Positions 15,001-28,154 are shown, counted from the stretch's first letter. The stretch is DNA of 59,553 bases from Octopus sinensis (GCF_006345805.1 NW_021834573.1:1-59553); one strand, 5' to 3'. Made by a program: numbers and translations. Notes: generated by a model not told the origin, from the letters alone.

Positions 15001-18000
15001 ACATTCACCTTCAAATCCCCCTCTCTGGAATGTTCAATATTCTTTCTTCCATTCCTTACCTTCACCTTCAAATCCCCCCTCTGGAATGTTCAATATTCTT
15101 TCTCATTCCTCCTTCACCTTCAAATCCTTCTCTGGAATGTTAATATTCCTTCCTCCCCTTCTTCCCCTTCAAATCCCCCTCTCTGGAATGTTCAATATTC
15201 CTTCTTCCCATTCCTCCCCTTTACCTTCAAATTCCCCTCTCTGGAATGTTCAATTCCTTCTCCACTTCCTTCACCTTCAATCCCCCTCTCTGGAATGTTC
15301 AATATTCCTTCCTCCCCTTCCTCCCCTTCACCTTCAAATCCCCCTCTCTGGAATGTTCAATATTCCTTCCTCCCCTTCCCCCCTTCACCTTCAAATCCCC
15401 CTCCCTGGAATGTTCAATATTCCTTCTTCCCATTCCTTACCCACCTTCAAATCCCCCTCTCTGGAATGTTCAATATTCCTTTTTCCCATTCCTCCCCTTA
15501 CCTTCAAATCCCCTCTCTGGAATGTTCAATATTCCTTCTTCCATTCTTCCCCTTCACCTTCAAATCCCCCTCTCTGGAATGTTCAATATTCCTTCTTCCC
15601 ATTTCTTACCTTCACCTTCAAAATGCCCCTCTCTGAATGTTTAATATTCCTTCATCCATTCCTCCCATTTACCTTCAATTCCCCCTCTCGGAATGTTCAA
15701 TATTCCTTCTTCCATTCCTCCCCTTACCTTAAAATCCCCCCTCTGGAATGTTCAATATTCCTTCTTCCCATTCCTACCCTTTACCTTGAAATCCCCCTCT
15801 CTGGAATGTTCAATATTCCTTCTTCACATTCTCTAATTCACTTTCAAATCCCCCTCTCTGGAATGTTCAATATTCCTTCTTCCATTCCTCCCCTTTACCT
15901 TCAAATCCCCTCTCTGGAATGTTCAATATTCCTTCCTATCCTTCCTCCCCTTCACCTTCAAATCCCCCCTCTGGAATGTTGAATATTCCTTCCTCCCCTT
16001 CCTCCCCTTCAACTTCAAATCCTCCTCTCTGGAATGTTCAATATTCCTTCCTCCCCTCCACTTCACCTTCAAATCCCCTCTCTGGAATGTTCAATATTCC
16101 TTTCTCCCCTTCCTCCCCTTCACCTTCAAATCCCCTCTCTGGAATGTTCAATATTCCTTCTTCCCATTCCCCCCTTTACCTTCAAACCCCCTCTCATGAA
16201 TGGTTAATATTCCTTCCTCCCCTTCCTCCCCTTCAGCTTCAAATCCCCCTCTCTGGAATGTTCAATATTCCTTTCTCCCCTTCCTCCCCTTCACCTTCAA
16301 TTCCCCATCTCTGGAATGTTCAACATTCCTTATTCCCATTCCTCCCATTTACCTTCAAAACCCCCTCTCTGGAATGTTCAATATTCCTTCTTCCCATTCC
16401 TTACGTTCACCTTCAAATACCCCTCTCTGGAATGTTCAATATTCATTCTTCCCATTCCTTACGTTCACCTTCAAATCCCCCTCTCTGGAATGTTCAATAT
16501 TCCTTCTTTCGATTCCTCCCCTTTACCTTGAAATCCCCCTCTCTGGAATGTTCAATATTCCTTCATCCCATTCCTCCCCTTTACCTTAAATCCCCCTCTC
16601 TGGAATGTTCAATATTCCTTCTTCCCATTCCTCCCCTTTACCTTTAAATCCCCCTCTCTGGAATGTTCAATATTACCTGTTCCCCTCGATCCCCTTTACC
16701 TTGAAATCTCCCTCTCTGGAATGTTCAATATTCCTTCTTCCCATTCCTCCCCTTTACCTTCAAATCCCCCAATGGAATGTTCAGTATTCCTCGTTCCCAT
16801 TCCTCCCCTTTACCTTCAAATCCCCCTCTCTGGAATGATCAATATTCCTTCTTCCCATTCCTCCCCTTTATCTTCAAATCCTTCTCTCTGGAATGTTCAA
16901 TATTCCTTCTTCCCATTCCTCCCCATTACCTTCAAATCCCCCTCGCTGGAATGTTCAATATTCCTTTTTCCCATTGCTCCCCTTTACCTTCAAATCCCCC
17001 TCTCTGGAATGTTCAATATTCCTTCTTCCCATTCCTCCCCTTCACCTTCAAATCCCCCTCTCTGGAATGTTCAATATTCCTTCTTCCCATTTCTTACCTT
17101 CACCTTCAAAATCCCCCTCTCTGAAATGTTTAATATTCCTTCATCCCATTCCTCCCCTTTACCTTCAAATCCCCCTCTCCGGAACGTTCAATATTCCTTC
17201 TTATCCTTCCTCCCCTTCACCTTCAAATCCCCCTCTCTTAAATGTTCAATATTCCTTCTTCCCATTCCTACCCTTTACCTTGAAATCCCCCTCTCTGGAA
17301 TGTTCAATATTCCTTCTTTACATTCCTCTACTTCACCTTCAAATCCCCCTCTCTGGAATGTTCAATATTCCTTCTTCCCATTCCTTACATTCACCTTCAA
17401 ATCCCCCTCTCTGGAATGTTCAATATTCTTTCTTCCCATTCCTTACCTTCACCTTCAAATTCCCCTCTCTGGAATGTTCAATATTCCTTTTCCCATTCCT
17501 TCCCTTCACCTTCAAATCCCTTTCTCTGGAATGTTCAATATTCCTTCCTCCCCTTCTTCCCCTTCATATCCCCCTCTCTGGAATGTTCAATATTCCTTCT
17601 TCCCATTCCTCCCCTTTACCTTCAAATTCCCCTCTCTGGAATGTTCAATATTCATTCCTCCACTTCCCTTCACCTTCAAATCCCCCTCTCTGGAATGTTC
17701 AATATTCCTTCCTCGCCTTCCTCCCCTTCACCTTCAAATCACCCTCTCTGGAATGTTCAATATTCCTTCCTCCCCTTCCCCCCTTCACCTTCAAATCCCC
17801 CTCCCTGGAATGTTCAATATTCCTTCTTCCCATTCCTTACCCTCACCTTCAAATCCCCCTCTCTGGAATGTTCAATATTCCTTTTTCCCATTCCTCCCCT
17901 TTACCTTCAAATCCCCCTCTCTGGAATGTTCAATATTCCTTCTTCCCATTCTTCCCCTTCACCTTCAAATCCCCCTCTCTGGAATGTTCAATATTCCTTC

Positions 18001-20305
18001 TTCCCATTTCTTACCTTCACCTTCAAAATCCCCCTCTCTGAAATGTTCAATATTCCTTCTTCCCATTCCTACCCTTTACCTTGAAATCCCCCTCTCTGGA
18101 ATGTTCAATATTCCTTCTTTACATTCCTCTACTTCACCTTCAAATCCCCCTCTCTTGAATGTTCAATATTCCTTCTTCCCATTCCTTACATTCACCTTCA
18201 AATCCCCCTCTCTGGAATGTTCAATATTCTTTCTTCCCATTCCTTACCTTCACCTTCAAATTCCCCTCTCTGGAATGTTCAATATTCCTTTTCCCATTCC
18301 TTCCCTTCACCTTCAAATCCCTTTCTCTGGAATGTTTAATATTCCTTCCTCCCCTTCTTCCCCTTCAAATCCCCCTCTCTGGAATGTTCAATATTCCTTC
18401 TTCCCATTCCTCCCCTTTACCTTCAAATTCCCCTCTCTGGAATGTTCAATATTCCTTCCTCCACTTCCCTTCACCTTCAAATCCCCCTCTCTGTAATGTT
18501 CAATATTCCTTCCTCCCCTTCCTCCCCTTCACCTTCAAATCCCCCTCTCTGGAATGTTCAATATTCCTTCCTCCCCTTCCCCCTTCACCTTCAAATCCCC
18601 CTCCCTGGAATGTTCAATATTCCTTCTTCCCATTCCTTACCCTCACCTTCAAATCCCCCTCTCTGGAATGTTCAATATTCCTTTTTCCCATTCCTCCCCT
18701 TTACCTTCAAATCCCCCTCTCTGGAATGTTCAATATTCCTTCTTCCCATTCTTCCCCTTCACCTTCAGATCCCCCTCTCTGGAATGTTCAATATTCCTTC
18801 TTCCCATTTCTTACCTTCACCTTCAAAATGCCCCTCTCTGAAATGTTTAATATTCCTTCATCCCATTCCTCCCATTTACCTTCAATTCCCCCTCTCCGGA
18901 ATGTTCAATATTCCTTCTTCCCATTCCTCCCCTTCACCTTAAAATCCCCCTCTCTGGAATGTTCAATATTCCTTCTTCCCATTCCTACCCTTTACCTTGA
19001 AATCCCCCTCTCTGGAATGTTCAATATTCCTTCTTCACATTCCTCTAATTCACCTTCAAATCCCCCTCTCTGGAATGTTCAATATTCCTTCTTCCCATTC
19101 CTCCCCTTTACCTTCAAATCCCCCTCTCTGGAATGTTCAATATTCCTTCCTATCCTTCCTCCCCTTCACCTTCAAATCCCCCCCTCTGGAATGTTGAATA
19201 TTCCTTCCTCCCCTTCCTCCCCTTCAACTTCAAATCCTCCTCTCTGGAATGTTCAATATTCCTTCTTCCCATTCCTCCCCTTTAGCTTGAAATCCCCTCT
19301 CTGGAATGTTCAATATTCCTTCTTTCCATTCCTTACCTTCACCTTCAAATCCCCCTGTCTGAAATGTTCAATATTCCTTCTTCCCATTCCTCCCCTTCAC
19401 CTTCAAATCCCCCTCTGTGGAATGTTCAATATTCCTTCTTCCCATTCCTCCCCTTTACCTTCAAATCCCCCTCTCTGGAATGTTCAATATTCCTTCTTCC
19501 CATTCCTTACATTCACCTTCAAATCCCCCTCTCTGGAATGTTCAATATTCCTTCTTCCCATTCCTTACATTCACCTTCAAATCCCCCTCTCTGGAATGTT
19601 CAATATTCCTTCTTCCCATTCCTCCCCTTCACCTTCAAATCCACCTCTCTGGAATGTTCAATATTCCTTCTTCCCATTCCTCCCCTTTACCTTGAATTCC
19701 CCCTCTCTGGAATGTTCAATATTCCTTCTTCCCATTCCTCCCCTTTAACTTCAAATCCCCCTCTCTGAAATGTTCAATATTCCTTCCTCCACTTCCTCCC
19801 CTTCACCTTCAAATCCCCCTATCTGGAATGTTCAATATTCCTTCTTCACATTCCTCCCCTTTACCTTCAAATCCCCCTCTCTGGAATGTTCAATATTCCT
19901 TCTTCCCATTCCTTACCTTCACCTTCAAATACCCCTCTCTGGAATGTTCAATTATCCTTCTCCCCATTCCTTACCTTCACTTTTAAATCCCCCTTTCTGG
20001 AATGTTCAATATTCCTTCTTCCCATTCCTCCCCTTCACCTTGAAATCCCCCTCTCTGGAATGTTCAATATTCCTTCTTCCCATTCCTCCCCTTTACCTTC
20101 AAATCCCCCTCTCTGGAATGTTCAATATTCCTTCTTCCCATTCCTCCCCTTTACCTTGAAATCCCCCTCTCTGGAATGTTCAATATTCCTTCTTCCCTTT
20201 CCTCCCCTTCATCTTCAAATCGCCCTCTCTGGAATGTTCAATATTCCTTCCTCCCCTTCCTCCCCTTCTCCTTCAAATCCCCATCTCTGGAATGTTCAGT
20301 ATTCC
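1..20305. repeat. ~58-bp tandem satellite, consensus GGAATGTTCAATATT-CCTTCCTCC-CCTTCCTCC-CCTTCACC-TTCAAATCCCCCTCTCT; ~350 monomers; continues past the window start
   Basis: Period 58 read directly (GGAATG at 3421 and 3479; pattern shifts 2 nt per 60-nt line at 6721-6840). All long Pro/Ser/Leu/Phe ORFs here are translations of this unit. Confidence 0.98.
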
Positions 20306-23300
20306 TTGGACAGGATCAAATCAGTTCAAACTGGTTCAAACCAGTTCAAACCGGATCAAACTGATTTGACCCCGTCGCGTTCGGTCCGGTTTGGTCAGGT
20401 TTTATATCGGTCCTGTTCAAACCGGTTCAAACCGGACCAAACCGGTACAAACCGAAGAAAATCGGTTGAACAGGATAAAACCGGTTCAAACAAGATCAAA
20501 CCGTTTTAAACCGGTTTGATACGGTTCAAACCGTATCAAACCGGTTCAAACCGATTCAGACCTGATCAAACCAGTTCAAACTAGTTCAAAATGTTTGATG
20601 AAAATGTTTGATGAAAATGTTTGATGAAAATGTTTGATGAAAATATCTGATGAAAAATGTTTGATGAAAGTGTTTGAACTGGTTTGAACTGAATTGAACT
20701 GGTTTGATACGGTTTGAACCAGTTTGAACCGGTTTGAACCGGATCAAACTAGTTAAAACCGGATCAAACCAGTTCAAACCAGATCAAACTGTTTTGATCA
20801 CGTCGCGTTCGGTCCGGTTTGGTCCGGTTTTGATCGGTCCAGTTCAAACCGGTTCAAACCGGACTAAACCGGTACAAACCGAATAAAATCGGTTGAACCG
20901 GGTAAAACCGGTTCAAACCATATCAAACCGTTTTAAACCGGTTCAAACCAAGTTCAAACCGAATCAAACCGGTTCAGCCCTGACCAAACCAGTTGAAACC
21001 GGTTCAAAGTGGTTCAAACTGGTTCAAACCGGTTCAAAAGGGATCAAACTAGTTCAAACACTTTCATCAAACATTTTTGATCATACATTTTCATCAAACA
21101 TTAAACCGGTTCAAACCGGCTCAAACCGGATCAACCAGATCAAACTTCAAACCTGATGAAACCAATTCAAGCCGATTCAAACTGGTTCAAATCGGTACAA
21201 ATCGAATAAAACCGGTTCAAACCGGATCAAAATGTCTGATAAAAATGTTTGATGAAAATGTTTGATGAAAATGTTTGATGCAAATGGCTGATGAAAATGT
21301 CTGATGAAAAATGTTTGATGAAAATGTTTGATGAATCTGTCTAATGAGAAATGTTTGATGAAAGTGTTTGATGAAAGTGTTTGAACTGGTTCGATCTGGT
21401 TTGAACCGGTTTGAACCAGTTTGAACCGGTTGAACCAGTTTGAATCAGTTTGAACCGGTTTGAACTGGTTTGATCCGGTTTGAACCGGTTTGAACTGGTT
21501 TGATCCCGCTTGAATCGGTTTGAACTAGTTTGAACTGGTTTGATCCGGTTCAAACCGGAACAAACCGGTACAAATCAAATAAAACCGGTTCAAACCGGAT
21601 CAAAATGTCTGATGAAAATGTTTGATGAAAATGTTTGATGAAAATGTTTGTTGATAAATGTTTGATGATAAACGTTTGATGAAAATTTTTGATGAAAATG
21701 TTTGGGGAAAATGTTTGATGAAAGTGTTTGATGAAATTGTTTGAACTGGTTTGAACTGATTTGATCCGGTCTGAACCGGTTTGAACCGGTTTGAACCGGT
21801 TTGAACCGGTTTGAACCAGTTTGAACCGGTTTGAAGTGGTTTGACCTGGTTTGAACCGGACCAAACCGGTACAAATCGAAGAAAACCGGTTCAAACCGGA
21901 TGAAAATGTTTCATGAAAATGTTTGATGAAAATGTTTGATGAAAATGTCTGATGAAAATGTTTGATGAAAATGTCTGATGAAAATGTCTGATGAAAAATG
22001 TTTGATGAAAATGTCTAATGAAAAACGTTTGATGAAAGTGTTCGATGAAAATGTTTGATGAAAATGTCTGATGAAAATGTCTAATGAAAAATGTTTGATG
22101 AAAGTGGTTGATGAAAGTATTTGAACTGCTTTGAACTGGTTTGATCCGGTTTGAACCTGTTTGAACCGGTTTAAACCAGTTTGAACCGGTTTTAATTGGT
22201 TAGATCCGGTTTGAACTTGTTTGATATGGTTGATCCGGTTTGAGCCGGTTTGAACCGGTTTAATGTCTGATGAAAATGTCTGATGAAAATGTATGATGAA
22301 AAATGTTTGATGAAATTGTTTGATGAAAGTGTTTGAACTGGTTTGATTAAGTTTGAACCGGTTTGAACCAGTTTGAACCGGTTTGAACTGGTTTGATCAG
22401 GTCTGAACCAGTTTGCACCGATTTGATCCGGTTTGAACTTGGTTTGAACCTGTTTAAAACGGTTTGATCTGGTTTGAACCGGTTTTACCCTGTTCAACCG
22501 ATTTTATTCGGTTTGTACCGGTTTGGTCCGGTTTGAACCGGTTTGAACTGGATCGATCAAAACCTGACCAAACGGGACCGAACGCAACGGGTTTGATCCG
22601 GTTTGAACTGGTTTGATCTGGTTTGAACTTGTTTGATCCGGTTTGAACCGGTTTGAACCAGTTTGAACTGATTTGATCCGGTCCAAACAGGACCAAACCG
22701 GTACAAATCGAATAAAACCGGTTCAAACCGGATCAAAATGGCTGATAAAAAGGATACATATATCATCAAATATTTTTCATCAAAATTTATCATCAAACAT
22801 TTTTCATAAAACATTTTCATCAAACATTTTCATCAAACATTTATCATCAAACAGTTATCATCAAATATTTTTCAACAAACATTAATCATCAACATTTTCA
22901 TCAAACATCTTAATCAAACATTTTCATCAAACATTTTCATCAAACATCTTAATCAAACATTTTCACCAAACATTTTCATCAAACATTTTCACCAAATATT
23001 TCAGCAAACATTTTCATCAAACATATTCATCAAACATTTTTCTTCATACATTTTCCTGAAACATATTCATCAAACATTTATCATTAAACAATTATCATCA
23101 AACACTTTCATCAAACATTTATCATCAAATATTTTTCATCAAACATTTTCATGAAGCATTTTCATCAAACATTTTCATCAAACATTTTATTAAACGTTTT
23201 AATCAAACATTTATCATCAAACATGTATCATCAAACATCGTCATTTATCATCAAACATTTATCATCAACATTTTCCTCAAACATTGTCATCAAACATTTA

Positions 23301-26300
23301 TCATCAAAAGTTTTCATCATCAAAAGTTTTCAAAGTTTTTTATATCATACATTTTCAGCAAACATCTTAATCAAACAGTTTCATCAAACATTTTCATCAA
23401 AAATTTTCATCAAACCAATTCAAACTGGTTCAAACTGGTTCAAACAGGTACAAATCGAATAAAACCGGTTCAAACCGGATCAAAATGGCTGATAAAAAGG
23501 ATACATATATCATCAAATATTTTTCATCAAAATTTATCATCAACATTTTTCATAAAACATTTTCATCAAACATTTTCATCAAACATTTATCATCAAACAG
23601 TTATCATCAAATATTTTTCAACAAACATTAATCATCAACATTTTCATCAAACATCTTAATCAAACATTTTCATCAAACATTTTCATCAAACATCTTAATC
23701 AAACATTTTCACCAAACATTTTCATCAAACATTTTCACCAAATATTTCAGCAAACATTTTCATCAAACATATTCATCAAACATTTTTCTTCATACATTTT
23801 CCTGAAACATTTTCATCAAACATTTATCATTAAACAATTATCATCAAACACTTTCATCAAACATTTATCATCAAATATTTTTCATCAAACATTTTCATGA
23901 AGCATTTTCATCAAACATTTTCATCAAACATTTTATTAAACGTTTTAATCAAACATTTATCATCAAACATGTATCATCAAACATCGTCATTTATCATCAA
24001 ACATTTATCATCAAACACTTTTCCTCAAACATTGTCATCAAACATTTATCATCAAAAGTTTTCATCATCAAAAGTTTTCAAAGTTTTTTATATCATACAT
24101 TTTCAGCAAACATCTTAATCAAACAGTTTCATCAAACATTTTCATCAAAAATTTTCATCAAACCAATTCAAACTGGTTCAAACTGGTTCAAACAGGTACA
24201 AATCGAATAAAACCGGTTCAAACCGGATCAAAATGTCTGATGAAAATGTTTGATGAAAATGTTTGATGAAAATGTTTGATGAATATGTCTGATGAAAATG
24301 TCTGATGAAAAATGTTTGATGAAAATGTTTGATGAAAATGTCTAATGAAAAATGTTTGATGAAAGTGTTTGATGAAGGTGTTTGAACTGGTTTGATCCGG
24401 TTTGAACCGGTTTGTACCGGTTTGAACCAGTTTGAACCGGTTTGAACCAGTTTGAATCGGTTTGAACCAGTTTGAACCAGTTTGAACCAGTTTGAACTGG
24501 TTTGATGCGGTTTGAACCGGTTTAAATTGGTTTGATCAGGTTTGAACCGGTTTGAAGCAGTTTGAACTGGTTTGATCCGGTTCAAACCGGACCAAACCGG
24601 TACAAATCGAATAAAACCGGTTCAAACCGGATCAAAATGTCCGATGAAAATGTTTGATGAAAATGTTTGATGAAAATGTTTGATGAAAATATCTGATGAA
24701 AATGTTTGATGAAAATGTTTGATGAAAATGTCTAATGAAAAATGTTTGATGAAAGTGTTTGAACTGGTTTGAACTGCTTGATGAAAATGTTTGATGAAAA
24801 CGTTTGATTAAGATGTTTGATGGAAATGTTTAATGAAAATGTTTGATAAAAAATGTTTGATGAAAATGTTAGAGGAAAATGTTTGATTAAGATGTTTGCT
24901 GAAAACGTTTGATGAAAATGTTTGATGAAAATGTCTGATGAAAAATGTTTGATGAAAGTGTTTGATGAAAATGTTTGATGTAAATGTTTGATGAAAATGT
25001 TTGAAGAAAATGTTTGATGAAAAATGTTTTATGAAAATGTTTGATGATAAATGTTTGATGATTAATGTTTGATGAAAATGTTTGATGATAAATGTTTGAT
25101 GATAATTGTCTGATGAAAATGTTTGTTGATAAATGTTTGATGATAAACGTTTGATGAAAATGTCTGATGAAAATTTTTGGTGACAATGTTTAATGAAAAC
25201 TTTTGATGATATATGTTTGATGGCAATGTTTGAGGAAAAGTGTTTGATGATAAATGTTTGATGATAAATGACGATAAATGTTTGATTATACATGTTTGAT
25301 GATAAATGTTGGATGAAAATGTTTGATTAAGATGTTTGATGAAAATGTTTCAAAAACATTTTTGAGTTCAAACCGGATCAAACCAGTTCAAATTGATTCA
25401 AACCGGTTTGAACTGGTTTGATTAAAATATTGACCAAAATTTGACCAAACCGGTGTGGCCAAGATTTTGACCAAAATTTTCAAAATATTTTGCAAAAAAT
25501 TTTGACCAGTTTTAACCGGTTCGATCCGGTATGAACCGGTTTGAACCGGTTTGAACAAAAATTTTTACCAAACATTTTATAAAATTATTCAAAAAATTTT
25601 GACCAAAAATTTTGAACAAAAATTTCAGATTTTTCAAGAATTTTATGAAATTTTTGGTCAAAATTTTTTAAAAGTTTTGGTGAAACCGGTTCAAAACGGA
25701 TCAAACTGGTTTGACCCTGTCTGGTTCGGTCAGATTTTGATCGGTCAGATTCAAACCGGATCAAACCGGTTCAAACCGGTTAAAACTGGTTCAAAGCGGT
25801 TGAAACCAGTTGAAACCGGTCCAAACCGGTTCAAACCGGTTCAAACCGGTTCAAACTGGATTCAACCGGATTGACCAAAAATTTTTACCAAACATTTTCA
25901 AAAAGCTGTTGACCAAAAGTTTTGAACAAACATTTCAGAATATTTTTCAAAAATTTTAACCGGTTCAAACTGGTTTATACCAGTTCAAACCGGATCAAAC
26001 CGGTTCAAACCGGATCAAATCATTTCAAACTGGTTCAAAAAACTTTGCAAAAAATTTTGAACCAAACATTTCAGATTTTTCAAGAATTTTATGAAATTTT
26101 TGGTCAAAATTTTTTGAAAGTTTTGGTCAAACCGGTTCAAACCGGATCAAACTGTTTTGACCCTGTCTGGTTCGGTCAGATTTTGATCGGTCAGATTCAA
26201 ACCGGATCAAACCGGTGCAAACCGGATAAAACTGGTTCAGACCAAATCAAACCGGATCAAAGCGGTTGAAACCAGTTGAAACCGGTCCAAACCGGTTCAA

Positions 26301-28130
26301 ATCGGTTCAAACCGGTTCAAACTGGATTCAAGCGGATTGACCAAAAATTTTTACCAAACATTTTCAAAAAACCTTGCAAAAAATTTTGACCAAAAGTTTT
26401 GAACAAACATTTTAGAATACGTTTCAAAAATTTTAACCGGTTCAAACTGGTTCATACCAGTTCAAACCGGATCAAACCGGTTCAAACCGGATCAAATCAT
26501 TTCAAACTGGTTCAAAAAACTTTGCAAAAAATTTTGACCAAAAATTTTGAACAAACATTTCAGAATATTTTTCAAAAATTTTAACCGGATTAAACCGGTT
26601 AAAACCGGATCAAACCGGTTCAAACCGGATCAAACCATTTCAAACTGGTTCAAAACGGTTTGAACTGGTTTGACCAAAATTTTGACCAAAATTTGACCAA
26701 ACCGGTTTGGCCAAGATTTTGACCAAAATTTTCAAAATATTTTGCAAAAAATTTTGACTAGTTTTAACCGGTTCGATCCGGTTTGAACCGGTTTGACCAA
26801 AAATTTTTACCAAACATTTTAAAAACATTTTTCACACAATTTTGAACAAAAAATTTTGACCAAAAATTTTGAACCGGTTTGAACCAGTTGGAACCGGTTT
26901 GATCCGGTTGAAACCGGTTTGAACCGGTTTTACCCGGTTCAACCGCTTTTATTCGGTTTGTACCGGTTTGATGAAAAATATTTGATGATAAATGTTTGAT
27001 GATAAATGTTTGATGAGAAATGTTTGATGAAAATGTTTGTTGATGATAAACGTTTGATGAAAATGTTTGATGAAAATGTTTGGTGAAAACTTTTGATGAA
27101 AACGTTTGATGGTAAATGTTTGATGAAACATGTTTGATGATAAATATTTGATGAAAATGTTTAATGATAAATGTTTGATGAAAATGTTTGATGAAAATAT
27201 TTTGTGAAAATATTTGATGAAAATGTTTGATGAAAATATTTGATGAAAATGTTTGATGATAAATGTTTGATGAAAATGTTTGATGAAAATGTTGATGATA
27301 AATGTTTGATGAAAAATATTTGATGATAAATGTTTGATGATAAATGTTTGATGAAAATGTTTGATGATAATTGTTTAATGATAAATGTTTGATGAAAATG
27401 TTTGATGAAAATGTTTGATGAAAATGTTTGACGAAAATGTTTGATCAAGATGTTTGATGAAAATGTTTGATGAAAATGTTTGCTTAAGATGTTTGATGAA
27501 AATATTTGATGTAAATGTTTGATGAAAGTGTTTGATGAAAATGTTTGATGAAAAATGTTTCATTAAAATGTTTGATGAAAATGTTTTAAGATGTTTGATG
27601 AAAATGTTTGATGAAAATGTTTAATTAAGATGTTTGATCAAAATGTTTGATGTAAATGTTTGATGAACATGTTTGATGAAGATATTTGATGAAAATGTTT
27701 GATGAAAATGTTTGATGATAAATGTTTGATGAAAATGTTTGATGAAAATGTTTGATGAAAAATGTTTGATGATAAATGTTTGATGAAAATGTTTGATAAA
27801 TATGTTTGATGATAAATGTTTGATGATAAATGTTTGATGAAAATGTTTGTTGATAAATGTTTGTTGAAAATGTTTGATGTAAATGTTTGATGAAAATGTT
27901 TGATGATAAACGTTGATGAAAATGTTTGATGAATATGTTTGGTGAAAATGTTTAATGAAAACGTATGATGAAAAATATTTGATGAAAAATGTTTGATGAA
28001 AATATTTGATGATAAATGACGATAACTGTTTGATGATAAATGTTTGATGATAAATGATTGATGAAAATGTTTGATGAAAATGTTTGATATAAATGTTTGA
28101 TGAAAATGTTTGATGAAAATGTTTGATTAT
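20306..28130. repeat. Complex satellite of 10-bp (GGTTCAAACC/GGTTTGAACC) and 13-bp (AAAATGTTTGATG/CATCAAACATTTT) units in alternating orientations
   Basis: Both periods are directly visible (10-mer 21771-21830; 13-mer 20591-20640 and 27401-27430). Orientation flips repeatedly. Confidence 0.95.
22700..24194 (+). repeat. Tandem duplication of a ~747-bp block
   Basis: Marker GGTACAAATCGAATAAAACCGGTTCAAACCGGATCAAAATGGCTGATAAAAAGGATAC at 22700 and 23447; near-identical ORFs at 23151 and 23897. Confidence 0.92.
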
Positions 28131-28154
28131 ACATATATGCATATATACATACAT

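Noticed and set aside
1-20305. CRISPR-like array (conserved core plus variable spacer)
   Set aside because: Inter-core segments are homologous to each other rather than unique spacers; no cas genes; eukaryotic context.
75-20364. Long ORFs up to 966 aa rich in P/S/L/F
   Set aside because: All three plus frames are open because the 58-bp unit has few stop codons; these are overlapping repeat translations, not genes.
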